A stretch of DNA of 64,000 nucleotides from Nitrospirota bacterium (GTDB lineage Bacteria; Nitrospirota; Thermodesulfovibrionia; Thermodesulfovibrionales; Dissulfurispiraceae). Within the stretch, counting starts at the first letter, position 1, and each line of letters begins with the position of its first letter. The DNA lies in NCBI GenBank assembly GCA_963710375.1, contig CAVPZX010000002.1, positions 864,001 to 928,000 on the forward strand, written 5' to 3'. Below the pieces are notes generated by a model that was not told where the DNA came from, made no database searches, and saw only the letters and a program-made list of their open reading frames with translations. Position numbers and translations under genes: made by a program. Positions 18,966-32,253 of this stretch are shown in pieces.

Positions 18966-19553
18966 TCATCTTTCCCGGTCCTCCTCTTTTGTTTCCAGTA
19001 TTTTCTGACCGTCAGTATCCATTTCCTCGTATGCCTTAGAGCTTATTGTTTCCCTTAATACAGTGTTAAAAGGCGATGCTGCGTTAATGAAAAAAGAAAT
19101 CATCTTTCCAAATGTATCTGCCCAAATGAAATAGTCGATTACTTCGAAATCGCCTTTTTTTAAGAGTCTCTTCAAATATCCCAAGTCAATTGGTGCAGTT
19201 GCTTGCGTTGGCGGCATTTCTTGACCAGTTAAAACATACCACAAGTCGTGCCATCCTCTTTCACGATCGTGGTTAATAAAATAAACAATGTTGGGTTTGG
19301 CATGATCAGAGTTGACCGATTTGAGTTGGTTAGCTGCCTCGTGAATTTTTGCTTGAATCGTATTATATGCAGGGTCGTAATGTCCTCCATAAATCTTATA
19401 GTCGGTTATTGATTTCAGTTCGCAATATCCAAAAAGTTGATTCTCTACATATAACTCAAAATCGGCTTTCTCCCTTGCGACTTCCTTTGGAAAGTAACGA
19501 GCCTCAATATTCTTTGTCTTGAAAAATGATATAACTAATTGTTTACCGTCCAT
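18966..19553 (-). CDS. Hypothetical protein (possible PD-(D/E)xK-like fold)
   Basis: 195-aa ORF; ADFELY...CELKSI resembles D...ExK. Confidence 0.55.
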   Translation of the reverse strand: MDGKQLVISFFKTKNIEARYFPKEVAREKADFELYVENQLFGYCELKSITDYKIYGGHYDPAYNTIQAKIHEAANQLKSVNSDHAKPNIVYFINHDRERGWHDLWYVLTGQEMPPTQATAPIDLGYLKRLLKKGDFEVIDYFIWADTFGKMISFFINAASPFNTVLRETISSKAYEEMDTDGQKILETKEEDRER

Positions 19554-19765
19554 AATATTACGTTACTAACTTATACTATTTTGAAGATTTTTAACAGCGC
19601 GGATTTCAGGAGGAAGCTTTCCCAATTGCAGCACATTTATAGGGTGCAGACTTTTAAAAGGAAGTGATTTTTATAGATACGCCTGTACGTAACAAACAGA
19701 TTCAAAAATTGATATAATTGTTCATATTAGAACCGCATATCATGGAACAATAAGAGGAGGTCATT

Positions 19766-19933
19766 ATGCCGGCTTATGAATATGTCTGTAAAGACTGTAA
19801 CCATGAGATTACTGTCTTTATCTCTATTAAAGAATATGAAACTAAACCTAAAATCAAATGCCCTCACTGTCAAAGTGACAATGTGCAGAAAAAAATCTCG
19901 GTGTTTATGGCACAAACAAGAAAAAAATCATAG
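19766..19933 (+). CDS. FmdB-family zinc-ribbon protein (55 aa, not in ORF track)
   Basis: MPAYEYVCKDC...CPHCQS; strong RBS gaggagg. Confidence 0.9.
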   Translation: MPAYEYVCKDCNHEITVFISIKEYETKPKIKCPHCQSDNVQKKISVFMAQTRKKS

Positions 19934-20075
19934 CTTACTTGTACAGTATGGAATACGGCAACACTTTACCGCCTAAGCTTAAAAAGAAAGTAGCCTCAAG
20001 ACAGGCTCCGATGCTAAGCTTGAGTAAGTGGTTGACACTTGCATCAGTAAAGAGTAAGTCCTTCATGAACCAAAA

Positions 20076-20459
20076 TTAAGGCCTGTCTTTACGGGTAGTT
20101 TTTTTGTGTCCGGTGTTATGTCGGCTGCCGCTTTTCCCTTTGATCGCACTGTTTACTTTTCCGGCGTCAAAACGCTCCGGCCGCGCTTTGTCCGGATTGT
20201 CTGGTGGAGGACTGTAGTTTTGTTTGACAGCCTTTTTCACTCTCATCCTCAAACCCTGGACAAGCTTGCCGTCAAGCGCTTTTATCGCTGCAGCGGCTTC
20301 GAAATCTGCCGGCATGTTGACGAACCCGAAACCCTTTGACATGCCTGTGGATAAATCCATAACTATGTTGAGTGACTTTATCTTCCCGAAAAACTGGAAG
20401 AGCTGGAATAGTTCTTTCTCATTAACTCCCCTGGACAGATTGCGCACGAGTATATTCAA
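20076..20459 (-). CDS. RRM RNA-binding protein
   Basis: NILVRNL (RNP2), SKGFGFVNM (RNP1). Confidence 0.9.
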   Translation of the reverse strand: MNILVRNLSRGVNEKELFQLFQFFGKIKSLNIVMDLSTGMSKGFGFVNMPADFEAAAAIKALDGKLVQGLRMRVKKAVKQNYSPPPDNPDKARPERFDAGKVNSAIKGKSGSRHNTGHKKTTRKDRP

Positions 20460-20469
20460 TGTAGACTCC

Positions 20470-20823
20470 TCAACTAAATTCTCGCCCGGCTGTCTCTTCC
20501 TCTTCCTGAGAGTTGTACAAATACGATTCTTTGCCGTCAGCGTCCAATACCATCCCTATCGTTACCCATTCGCTCTCGTCGTTGTCCCAATATGTGTTGA
20601 TTATCCCGATTCCATCGTCCTCGATTTCCAGTAATTTTGCCGCTTCCCAGTAATCATGCCTGGCATCGGCAACCTGAAAGATCGTGTTTTCGAACTCCCC
20701 GCCAGGTTCCCAACTAACAGCAATCCTATCTGAAGCCTCGCCCCATTTAGCCTCTATAATCCCACCATTAAAACCATCATTTCTGATTGCCTCTAATGCG
20801 TTATATCTTGCTGTCATCTGCAT
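20470..20823 (-). CDS. Acidic hypothetical protein
   Basis: ATG 20823 preceded by aaggagg; tightly upstream of the RRM gene. Confidence 0.6.
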   Translation of the reverse strand: MQMTARYNALEAIRNDGFNGGIIEAKWGEASDRIAVSWEPGGEFENTIFQVADARHDYWEAAKLLEIEDDGIGIINTYWDNDESEWVTIGMVLDADGKESYLYNSQEEEETAGREFS

Positions 20824-21031
20824 TTCTTCCTCCTTGTACCTACAGCGAAGCCCGTTAGTCTGATTTAGACATAGAATTCTTTCAAGCAAATATTCAGGCT
20901 CGAAAATGTCCTTAATTCGGAAGTAAAGAAAGAACTTAAGGATGAGCCTCAGAATCATTTGCTATTCCTTCACCAGTATAGTATACCGGAGGTGTGTTCT
21001 CTTTTACCTCATCAGGAGCTATCATTATCAA

Positions 21032-22000
21032 TCAGGAGCGATTATTCTGGATGAATAATCTCATATCTTCCGGTACTGGAGCATCGAATTCAAGCAACTC
21101 TCCGGATATAGGATGATTTATCATAAGACGTGAGGCATGCAGAAGGTGCCTCGGAGTTTCCTGCCAGGGAAGCAGGTCGTAACATCCAGCCTTGACATTT
21201 CTTACAAACGCAAGGAATTCATCGTCGGTTCTTCCATATAACTTATCACCCACCAATGGATGACCGGCATGTGCCAGATGGACCCTGATCTGGTTTGTTC
21301 TACCGGTGACGGGCCTGCACCTGACCATCGTGGATGATGCAAAACGTTCTATTACATCAAAAGCAGTGGCAGAGTATTTGGCGCCTGCGCTATCATCGAA
21401 TACGACTTTATTTTTTATCGAGAGGCAACTCTCACGATCAGGCACTAAAAACCCTTTGACCTCAAAAGAATCGTCATTGATTACTCCACGGGCTACCGCA
21501 ATATACTCCTTTCCTACAGTTCCGGCTTCAAATTGCTGCACGAGCGATCGGTGTGCAATTTCTGTTTTTGCAGCAACGATTATACCGCTTGTTTCCCGAT
21601 CCAGGCGATGCGCCAGGTGAATGGCGCCATGAAATCCCTTGTCGGCCATTCGTTCACGCAATAAAAAGATTAAAGTATTCTTGATGTAATTACCATCAGA
21701 ATGGGACGGTAGGTTGCCAGGTTTATTTGTAACAAGAAAGGTTTCTTCTTCATGGATAATTTGTATATTTATATCTACAGGGGGTTCGCTACGGACATCC
21801 GAATACGCTACAATATCGTTTTTTTTCAGGAGATGATCGGGCGTTATTGCCTTCCCGTTGACCGTAACCTTCCCGCGTCCAATCAGCCGCTTCCATTCTT
21901 CTCGGGTCTGATACTGGAAGCGCCGGGTGAGGAAATCCATTAGGTTCCTGCCGGCAAACTTCGATGAGATCCTGGATGAAAGTATAGTTACTTCTGTCAT
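21032..22000 (-). CDS. RluA/RluD-family pseudouridine synthase with S4 domain
   Basis: NKP, HRLDRETSG, TGRTNQIRVH, LVGDKLYG, LHA. Confidence 0.93.
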   Translation of the reverse strand: MTEVTILSSRISSKFAGRNLMDFLTRRFQYQTREEWKRLIGRGKVTVNGKAITPDHLLKKNDIVAYSDVRSEPPVDINIQIIHEEETFLVTNKPGNLPSHSDGNYIKNTLIFLLRERMADKGFHGAIHLAHRLDRETSGIIVAAKTEIAHRSLVQQFEAGTVGKEYIAVARGVINDDSFEVKGFLVPDRESCLSIKNKVVFDDSAGAKYSATAFDVIERFASSTMVRCRPVTGRTNQIRVHLAHAGHPLVGDKLYGRTDDEFLAFVRNVKAGCYDLLPWQETPRHLLHASRLMINHPISGELLEFDAPVPEDMRLFIQNNRS

Positions 22001-22308
22001 GCAATGAGTGCCTCAGACATACGGCAGTGCAATCGATTTTCTCAAAGTTTCATTAACGCTATTCTATCACATTGCTCTGGAGCAATAAACATTTCTGGCG
22101 GTGGTGACGTGACCATTACGGACATACTACGTGAGGAATTAGAGGGTGGGATCAGCAAACGCAAAAAAAATGAAGCAGAAGTTGGGAAGTATTCATAGAA
22201 CCCTTTAGAGGGGGCGATGGTTTTATCATCCCTCTAATCTTGCTTTTGCCCCCTTTGGGCATATATCCTTAATGCAATTATAAATACTGCTAATTCAGGA
22301 GCTATCCA

Positions 22309-22662
22309 ATGTGGATTGAATCATTTTCCGAACAAAGTTTTATTAATTTTGACAAGGTAATAAGCATAAAAATGATAACCGATAAACCAAATTCAGAAAG
22401 AATTACTGTTACTACAGAAGGTCCCGATAAAGAAGAAATAGAGCTAATAACCATCGAAAAGGCACGTAAATTTATATCATCAACAACAGTTTTCAATGAT
22501 GACCAGAAGAAAAAAATAAATGGGAAAGCTGCCGATGTAATTTTAAGCGCCTTTCTGGCGGTCTTAATGCGCTGTTTAACGTCTAAAGAACTAACGAAAG
22601 ATAGAGAAATTATTACAAAAGAATATATTTCAGAGCTGTTTTCCAATGCACTAAGAGACTGA
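22309..22662 (+). CDS. Hypothetical protein
   Basis: 117-aa ORF with a ggag RBS. Confidence 0.5.
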   Translation: MWIESFSEQSFINFDKVISIKMITDKPNSERITVTTEGPDKEEIELITIEKARKFISSTTVFNDDQKKKINGKAADVILSAFLAVLMRCLTSKELTKDREIITKEYISELFSNALRD

Positions 22663-23045
22663 TTAAATACCGGGCACCACACTGTGAGAAAGTGCAATCT
22701 ACAGAAATCACGGCATGCTCCCAATCATTTCAAACGTGGGCGGCCGGGTATGTGCTATAGTTAACTATGAAAAGTACAGCCATCTTAAATTCTTTGATGA
22801 ATGATTCCATTATTCTTCCATTAGTGGATACTCGATTTTTCCCTCACAGGGTTCCCATTACATAGCCCAAAACCCTCTTTGTACCGGGTCTCACATAACC
22901 ATTTTAATAACAGCCGGGGGAGTATTGCTTTTAAGCATGCCGGATTTTGCTTGTAGAATATCTCCCTTTTGAATACCATATCAAATGTGAGGGGACTCTG
23001 GGTCGCAGAGGCCACTTGCCTTCAATATAGAAGGAGACCTCAAGA

Positions 23046-26000
23046 GTGAAAGTGAATAACAAGACCATAATAGGGAACCTGCCTAAATTGCGTGCGAGCT
23101 TCCGCGGAACAGACCTGGCACAAAAATGCGCTGTCTGCGAGCCTCCATTGCGATCTGAATTGTTCAGCAGCGATCAGATGGAGCAGCACGGCAAGACCCT
23201 CGCGGCCTTACATAAATTAAGCCCGGAATATGCCCCTGATCAGCTCCTGGCGCGACTGGCCGACAATGAAGGCATCCTGACCGGAACCCGTAGTTTGCTG
23301 ATTGAGGCAATTACGACTGGGCGTCGTATTACGCCGGCTGGTGAATGGTTGCTCGATAACTTCTACCTGATCGAAGAACAGATCCGTACGGCCAGAAGAC
23401 ATCTGCCAAAGGGGTACAGCCGGGAACTTCCCCGCCTGATGGACGGCCTTTCGGCCGGGCTTCCGCGCGTGTATGACATCGCTTTGGAGACAATTTCTCA
23501 TAGCGATGGGCGGATAGACCGGGAAAGTCTGAGCAGCTTAGTTGCAGCCTACCAGACAATTTCCGTCCTGAAGTTGGGAGAATTGTGGGCAGTCCCTATC
23601 ATGCTGCGGCTCGCGTTGATCGAAAATCTCCGACGCGTTGGGGCGCGGATCGCCGACGACAGGCTCGACCGAAACAAGGCTGATTATTGGGCGGACCGTA
23701 TTACCGAGGTTGCCGGAAAGGACCCAAAGAATCTGATATTGGCCATCGCGGACATGGCGCGTTCGGACCCGCCGCTGAAGGGCGCGTTTGTTGCGGAATT
23801 TGCCCGCAGGCTTCAGGGCCAGGGCCCCGCCCTGGCAATGCCGCTCACATGGATTGAACAACGACTCTCCGAGTTCAGTCTTACGATCGACCATTTGGTG
23901 CAGTCGGAGAACCAGCAACAGGCAGCTGATCAGGTCTCGATGAGCAACAGCATCGGCAGCTTACGTTTCCTTGGCACGATGGACTGGCGGGAGTTCGTCG
24001 AGACGATGAGCGTTGTCGAACAGACCCTGCGTGAGGATACCGGCGGTATGTACGGCAAAATGGACTTCTCTACCCGTGACCGTTACCGTCACGTGGTGGA
24101 GAAAATGGCGAAGAGCGGCTGGCTGTCGGAAGGCGAAGTGGCAGCCGAAGCGGTACGGCTCGCGCATGAGAGCGCTGCCAATAAAGACGGCGCCCACGGC
24201 AGCGATGGTCGCGCTGCCCATGTGGGCTATTATCTGATCGACAAGGGATTGCCGCAGCTTGAAGAGCTGGCACATGTGCGATTGTCTGTCTTCGGGACCC
24301 TTAGGAAAATGAGTTCCCGGTTTCCTTTGCTCCTCTATCTGGGCGCGATCACGCTCATGACGGCGGTTTTCACCGGGGGGTTGATGGCTAAGGCGCATGC
24401 TGATGGCTCACCTCTTTGGCTGCTCGTGACGACCGGTATCCTCTCAGCGCTGTGTGCAAGCCAGCTGGCGGTTGCAGTGGTGAACTGGCTTGCAACATTG
24501 CTGGTAATTCCGCAGCCGCTGCCGCGAATGGACTTTTCCAAAGGTATTCCGCCTGAATCGCGGACCCTCACCATTGTCCCGACTATGCTCACAAGCGCCC
24601 AAGGGATCGAGGACCTGATAGAGGGGCTGGAAGTCAGGTTCCTAGCAAATCGCGACGATTACCTGCACTTTGGCCTGCTGACTGATTTTCAGGATGCGGC
24701 AGAGGAAACACTGCCGGAGGACGAACCGCTGTTAATGCTGGCCCGGCAGAGAGTCGAAGGACTGAATGAAAAATACCGGAATGCAAAAGGCGATACGTTC
24801 TTTCTTTTCCACCGCCCGCGGCGATGGAATGCCCGGGAACGGGTTTGGATGGGTTACGAGCGCAAGCGAGGGAAGCTGGCGGAATTGAATTCCTTATTGC
24901 GCGACAGGAAAGATGGCGGGACATATGATCTCCCGGGAAACCGCTTTTCGCTCATCGTCGGTAATACGGAAATCCTATCCAACGTAAAGTACGTGATCAC
25001 CCTTGACACGGATACGCAATTACCACGCGACTCGGCGCAGCAGTTTGTGGGAGCCATGGCGCACCCGCTGAATCGCGCGCACTACGACGAAGACAAGCAG
25101 CGTGTTGTTGCCGGGTACGGCATTTTGCAGCCACGCGTGGCCGCGAGCTTGCCGGGCGCAAACCGGTCGCGGTATGCGCGAATGTGCGGGAGTGAGCCGG
25201 GCATCGATCCGTATACGCGCGCCGTCTCAGACATTTACCAGGACCTCTTCCATGAAGGCTCGTTCATCGGCAAGGGCATCTATGACGTTGACGCATTCGA
25301 GCGGGCGCTTAACGGACGCTTCCCCGAGAACCGGATCCTCAGCCACGATCTTCTGGAAGGGTGTTATGCGCGGGCGGGGCTGTTGAGCGATGTAATGGTG
25401 TACGAGGAATATCCATCTCGCTACAGCGCGGACGTGAGCCGCCGGCACCGCTGGATTCGCGGGGATTGGCAGATTGCGCGGTGGCTGCTGTCGGGTGTGC
25501 CTGGTTCCGATCCCGATGCGCGCCTTCAGAAGAATCCGCTCTCTGGACTGTCCCAATGGAAGATCTTCGACAACCTTCGGCGTAGTCTTGTGCCTTCGGC
25601 GTTGACACTGCTGTTGCTGCTGGGCTGGACGGTCTTGCCATCGGCATGGTTTTGGACTCTGTCGGTGATCGGCATCATCCTGATTCCTTCCTTGATTGCC
25701 TCTGTCCTGGATGTGCTTCAGAAGCCGGGTGATGTGCTTTTGAGGCAGCACCTTGCTGCCTCAGTGCGCTCTACGCGCAGGCGTTTCGCTCAAGCTGCAT
25801 TTTCGCTCGTCTGCCTGCCTTACGAGGCGTTTTACAGTCTGGATGCGATGATGCGCACGATCTGGAGAATGCTGGTCACGCATAAGCGACTTCTCGAATG
25901 GAGTCCGTCCGACGACTCGGATCGCACGAGCCGTAATCACCAAGAGGGCCTCGTCAGACTCATTCCGGACCATGTGGATCGCCCCGGTTATAGCCACCGC

Positions 26001-29000
26001 CACGGTGATCTACCTGGTGCTTTTGGGGCCGGCGGCTTTAGCTGAGGCCGGGCTCATACTGGGCCTCTGGTTATTCTCTCCCGCTATCGCGTGGTGGATC
26101 AGCCGACCGCTCGCTCGCCGTGGAGCAAGGCTGACGGACGAACAGACCCTCTTTCTCCGGAAGCTTTCACGAAAGAGCTGGGCGTTCTTCGAGACATTCG
26201 TCGATCCGGAAGATAATTGGCTGCCGCCGGATAACAGTCAGGAGTATCCGGTTGCCGTGGCCGTACATCGCACGTCGCCGACCAACATGGGCCTTGCGTT
26301 GCTCGCGAATTTATCCGCGCACGACTTCGGCTATATTTCAACGGGACAGCTCATCAAGCGCACGGCGAATGCATTCCATACAATGAAAACATTGGAACGA
26401 TACCGGGGCCACTTCTACAACTGGTACGACACGCAATCTCTGAAACCACTGTCGCCCCACTACATTTCTACGGTGGACAGCGGGAACCTTGCAGGCCATC
26501 TGTTGACATTGCGGCAGGGTCTGCTCGCGCTTCCCGATCAAAAGATCATAGGAGCGAGATTGCTTGACGGCCTCAACGATACACTAATGATTCTCGTGGG
26601 GATTTTCGCGGACACTCCTGGAGTAGTCGCACCAGCGGGGCTCGCCCATCTTCGGCAAGGCCTGGAGTCAGCGCTCAAGTCCCCGCCAACTAAGCTTATG
26701 GCGGCTCGGCAGTGCCTTGGTCATCTGGCACTATCCGCTGCAGAAGTGGTCGCCGGCATTGATGCCGACCGTGAGAACCCGGCCGGGTGGTGGGCGCGTG
26801 CCTTTGCCCGGCAATGCCGTGACGCCCTCGATGAACTGACCCTTCTTAACCCGCCGACAGTTAGCGGCATCGATGAGAGACCGACGCTGCGCGAACTGGC
26901 AGGACTTGGCAACCAACGCGCCATTGAGAGAATCGCGGCTATCGAACAGCTCGCATTGCAATCCGGCGAACTCGCCCGTATGGAATATGATTTCCTGTTT
27001 GACGAGGAGCGCCATCTATTGACCATCGGGTACAACGTCGGTGAACGCCGGCGGGACGCGAGTTTTTACGATTTGCTTGCTTCGGAAGCGAGACTGTGCA
27101 GTTTCGTGGCGATTGCGCAGGAACAACTGCCGCAGGAGAGCTGGTTCACCCTGGGCCGCCTGCTCACCACTACGAGTGGAGAGCCGGTCCTTGTTTCCTG
27201 GAGCGGTTCAATGTTCGAATACCTGATGCCGCTTCTGGTGATGCCGACGTATGAAAACACGCTGCTCGACCAGACTTATAAGGCGGCTGTGGCCGGGCAG
27301 ATCGAATATGGAAAGAAGCGTGGAGTGCCGTGGGGCATTTCTGAATCCGGCTACAACATGATCGACGGCCATCTTAACTACCAGTACCGCGCTTTTGGCG
27401 TGCCAGGCCTGGGGCTCCAGCGCGGGCTCTCCGGGGATCTGGTAATTGCGCCCTATGCTTCGGCGCTTGCGCTGATGGTGGCGCCCGAGGAAGCGTGCCT
27501 GAATCTGCAGCGACTCGCTGCTGAAGGGTTTGAAGGAAAATACGGCTTCTATGAAGCTATCGACTACACACCTTCACGTCTGCCGCGTGGACAGTCGAGC
27601 GCCGTGGTTCGCTCCTTCATGGCACATCACGTTGGAATGAGCTTGCTCTCTTTGGCCTATCTGCTCCTGGACCGTCCGATGCAGAAGCGATTCGAGTCGG
27701 ACCCGGTATTCCAGGCAACCATCCTGTTGCTCCAGGAGCGGGTGCCAAAGGCCACGGCGTTTTATTCACACACCGCCGAGCTCTCCTACATGCAGGGGGC
27801 TTCCAGTGTTACGGAGATGCCGGTGCGCGTTTTCAGCAGCCCGGATACGCCGGTCCCTGAAGTGCAGTTGTTGTCCAACGGCAGATACCACGTGATGATT
27901 ACGAATGCGGGGGGCGGTTACAGCCGATGGAAGGACATCGCAGTGACACGCTGGCGCGAAGACAGTACCCGCGACAACTGGGGCACGTTCTGTTACCTCC
28001 GCGACGTTGCGAGCGGAGAGTTCTGGTCAACCGCATATCAACCGACGCTCAAACGACCGGCCAATCAATCGAATAATTACGAAGCTATTTTCTCGGAGGC
28101 GAAAGTGGAGTTTCGCCGCCGGGACCACGACTTTGACACACATACGGAGATCGCTGTTTCACCCGAGGATGACATTGAACTGCGCCGAGTCCACATCACC
28201 AACCGGGCTCGGACACGCAGAGCGATTGACGTTACGAGTTACGCGGAGGTCGTCCTTGCGCCGCCTGCCGCGGAAACACTGCATCCGGCGTTCAGCAATC
28301 TCTTTGTTCAGACCGAGATCATTCGCCAGCAGCGGGCGATCCTCTGCACTCGCCGGCCCCGCTCCCAGGGCGAGCAGCCGCCCTGGATGTTTCACCTGAT
28401 AGCCGTGCATGGGGCGGAGATCGGAGAAGTCTCCTATGAGACGGATCGCATGCAGTTCATCGGCCGCGGAAACACGGTCGCCGATCCACAAGCGATGAGC
28501 GGGGCAGCTGGTTTTTTTACGGGTGCGCTCTCGGACAGCGAGGGCTCCGTGCTCGATCCGATTGTCGCCATCCGGCATCGGATAACGCTGGATCCGGAAG
28601 AATCGGTAACGATAAATATTGTCTCGGGCATCGGCGAAACCCGCGACGCGTGCCTGGGCCTTGTTGAGAAATACCAGGATCGACATCTCGCGGATCGCGT
28701 CTTTGAGCTCGCATGGACACACGGCCAGGTGTTTCTGCGGCAGTTCAATGCGTCAGAGGCCGACGCGCAACTCTATGGGCGCCTTGCCAGCTCGATAATC
28801 TATGCTAATTCTTCGCTGCGCGCCGAACCGGGCATCCTCATCAAAAACCACCGGGGTCAATCCGGTCTCTGGGGCTACGCCATCTCCGGCGATTTGCCGA
28901 TCGTGCTGCTGCAGATTGAAGATCCGGCAAATATCGATCTGGTGCGCCAACTCGTGCAGGCTCACGCATACTGGCGTCTAAAAGGACTGGCGGTGGACCT

Positions 29001-31725
29001 GGTGATCTGGAACGAAGATCACGCCGGTTACCGGCAACTTCTGCAAGACCAGATCATGGGGCTCATTGCCGCAGGCACCGAAGCCAACGTGACCGATCGA
29101 CCAGGCGGCATTTTCCTAAGACCTGCGGACCAGATATCGAACGAGGACCGCATCCTGATGCAAACGGTCGCTCGCGCCATCATCACCGACAGCCGGGGGG
29201 CGCTGGCGGACCAGATCAACCGTCGCAGTCTTGTAGAAGTATCAGTGCCGCTCCTTACACCGACCCGAACCCACCACTCCGAACCCCTGGCGGTCACCGC
29301 GCTGCCTCGCCACGATCTGGCATTCTTCAACGGGCTGGGCGGATTCACCCCGGATGGGCGCGAGTACGTCATTACGACCACGCACGGGCAGGTGACGCCG
29401 GCGCCATGGGTGAATGTGCTGGCAAACCCGCACTTTGGGACCGTCATTTCAGAGAGCGGGCCTGCCTACACCTGGAGTGAGAATGCCCATGAGTTCCGCC
29501 TCACTCCCTGGGGGAACGATCCCGTGAGCGATTCGAGCGGAGAAGCTTTCTACATCCGCGATGAAGAGCGCGGCCACTTCTGGTCCCCCATGCCGCTGCC
29601 CAGCCGCGGGGCAACGCCTTACGTCACCCGCCATGGATTTGGCTACAGCGTCTTCGAGCACACGGAGCGCGGCATCCGCTCAGAGGTGTGGGTTTACGTG
29701 GCCCTGGACGCACCGATCAAGTTCACGGTGCTGAAAGTGCGAAACGAGTCGGGGCGAGCGCGCCGACTTTCCGCCACCGGATACGCGGAATGGGTCCTTG
29801 GCGACCTGCGGCCGAAATCGACCATGCACGTGATCACCGAAATTGACCCGAATAGCGGCGCGCTCTTCGCGCGGAACTCCTACAACACGGAGTTCGCCGA
29901 CAGGGTTGCCTTCTTTGATGTGGACGATGCGCCCCGGACCTTAAGCGGCGACAGGACTGAGTTCCTTGGGCGCAACGGCACGCTTCGGAATCCGGACGCG
30001 ATGACCCGTGTCCGGCTTTCCGGCAGGGTAGGGGCCGGCCTGGACCCTTGCGGCGCTATCCAGGTCCCCTTCGATCTGGCCGACGGACAAGAGCGCGAGA
30101 TTATCTTCAGGCTCGGTATAGGGCGAGACTCATATGACGCCGGCCAACTGGTCCGCCGTTTCCGGGGATCTGCCGCCGCGCGCAGAGAGATTGAGAAGGT
30201 CTGGCAGCACTGGAATCACACCCTCGGCGCAGTGCAGGTGGAAACACCGGACCAGTCCGTTAATGTGCTGGCCAACGGCTGGCTCTTATACCAAACTCTT
30301 GCATGTCGTATTTGGGCACGGTCCGGATATTACCAGCCAGGGGGCGCCTTTGGCTTCCGCGACCAGTTGCAGGATATGATGGCGCTTATCCACTCTGAGC
30401 CCGGGCTTGTGCGCGAGCACCTCATCCTCTGCGCGGCCCATCAATTCAGGGAGGGAGATGTCCAGCATTGGTGGCATCCTCCTTCAGGGCGAGGCGTGCG
30501 TACACACTGCTCGGACGACTTTCTCTGGCTGCCCCTGGCTGCGTGCCGTTACGTTCTGATTACCGGTGATACGGGGGTGTTGGATGAAACTATCCGCTTT
30601 ATCGAGGGCCGCCCGGTAAACAAAGACGAGGACTCGTATTACGATCTTCCCCGCTCGTCTGAAGAAACGGCCAGTTTGTACGATCACTGCGTGCGGGCCA
30701 TTCTCAGGGGTATCAGCCGCGGCGCTCACGGTTTGCCGCTCATTGGCTCGGGTGACTGGAACGACGGAATGAACATGGTGGGTAAAGAAGGCAAGGGTGA
30801 AAGCGTTTGGCTCGGATTCTTCCTCTATAAAGTGCTCATGGAGTTCTGTGAGATCGCGTATCTGAAAGGTGATCTGTTATTTGTCGAACGCTGCCGGGAG
30901 GAAGCTGCCCTACTTCGCAGGAATATCGAAGAGTATGGCTGGGATGGTGAATGGTATCTGCGCGCTTACTTTGACGACGGTTCACCACTGGGTTCGGCGA
31001 GTAATCCCGAATGCCGGATTGATTCCATCCCGCAAAGCTGGTCTGTTCTCTCCGGAGCAGGGGATACCGAACGTTCACATGTGGCAATGGAAGCGGTGGA
31101 TAACCTTCTTGTCCGACGGGACCATGGCCTGGTCCAGCTCCTGGACCCGCCGTTCGATAAATCGGATATGAACCCCGGGTACATCAAGGGATACGTCCCG
31201 GGTGTAAGGGAGAATGGCGGGCAATACACCCATGCGGCTATCTGGACCGCGATGGCATTTGCTCAGTTAGGCGATAGCAGTCGCGCGTGGGAATTGCTTA
31301 CGATGATCAACCCGGTGAATCATGCCGGATCTCCGGAGAAGATCGAAATCTACAAGGTAGAACCGTATGTTGTCGCGGCAGACGTATATGCGGTGTCGCC
31401 GCACATTGGACGCGGTGGATGGACGTGGTATACCGGATCGGCGGGCTGGATGTACAGGCTTATCCTGGACTCGCTTCTCGGGCTGCGACTTGAAACAGAC
31501 AAGCTGCATTTCGAGCCTTGCCTGCCGGGGAAGTGGGAGTCTTTCAAGATGCACTACCGCTACAGGGAAACCATTTACCATATCACCGTGTTGCAATCAA
31601 ACAATAACAACGGCAGCATGGCCAGTGTGATCGTCGATGGCGTCGAGCAGCCTGATAATGCAATTCCGCTCTTTGACGATCATCTGGAACATTCGGTCGA
31701 AGTGAGAATAAGTACTAAGTACTAA
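23046..31725 (+). CDS. ndvB: Cyclic beta-1,2-glucan synthase (Cgs/NdvB/ChvB; GT84 + GH94), split by a +1 frameshift at about 25956
   Basis: EWLLDNFYLI, GYERKRGKL, ITLDTDT, LSHDLLEG, RWIRGDWQ; then HRTSPTNMG, GFRDQLQD, GDWNDGMN, RENGGQYTH, WYTGSAGW; deleting A25956 fuses 23046..26045 and 25972..31725. Confidence 0.92.
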
Positions 31726-31949
31726 GCTTCCCCTGTGATTGACGCCCTCAATGCTGCAATCTCTTCCGTCGGTCCCAAGTCAGCCTCCAGCACGTCGAGC
31801 TTCTTGAGAATCTTCCCGTTGTAGTCTGGAATGATAAGATAGTCGTGGGTCTTGGCAAGGTCTCTCATCTTCCACCAAAGGCCCTCTTTTGAATTCACAA
31901 TTTCTTGCAGCTTTACGAAAATCTCATGTTTGGCGTTTATATTTTTCAT
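31722..31949 (-). CDS. Small hypothetical protein
   Basis: 75-aa ORF with ggag RBS. Confidence 0.45.
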   Translation of the reverse strand: MKNINAKHEIFVKLQEIVNSKEGLWWKMRDLAKTHDYLIIPDYNGKILKKLDVLEADLGPTEEIAALRASITGEA

Positions 31950-32052
31950 GTCGGTATGACTCCAGAACGTCTGCTTTCCACAAGGTGTGGCGGGGGAATA
32001 CCTCTTCTTAAAGGAAAGGGCTCCCTGCTTGACGCAGAGGGCCCTTAGTTCC

Positions 32053-32253
32053 TTATTGTTTAACTACCGTGATCGCCTTGGGACCCTTTGGGCCTTTTTC
32101 GGTATCAAAGCTGACTCTGTCACCCTCGGCAAGGGATTTGAATCCCGCGCCCTGGATGGACGAGTGGTGTACAAAGACATCCTGACCGTCTTCGCCTGTT
32201 ATAAAGCCGAAGCCTTTTGAGTCATTGAACCACTTTACTGTTCCATTAACCAT
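32053..32253 (-). CDS. Cold-shock protein
   Basis: [18 protein letters not shown]...DVFVHHS; RBS aaggagg. Confidence 0.95.
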   Translation of the reverse strand: MVNGTVKWFNDSKGFGFITGEDGQDVFVHHSSIQGAGFKSLAEGDRVSFDTEKGPKGPKAITVVKQ

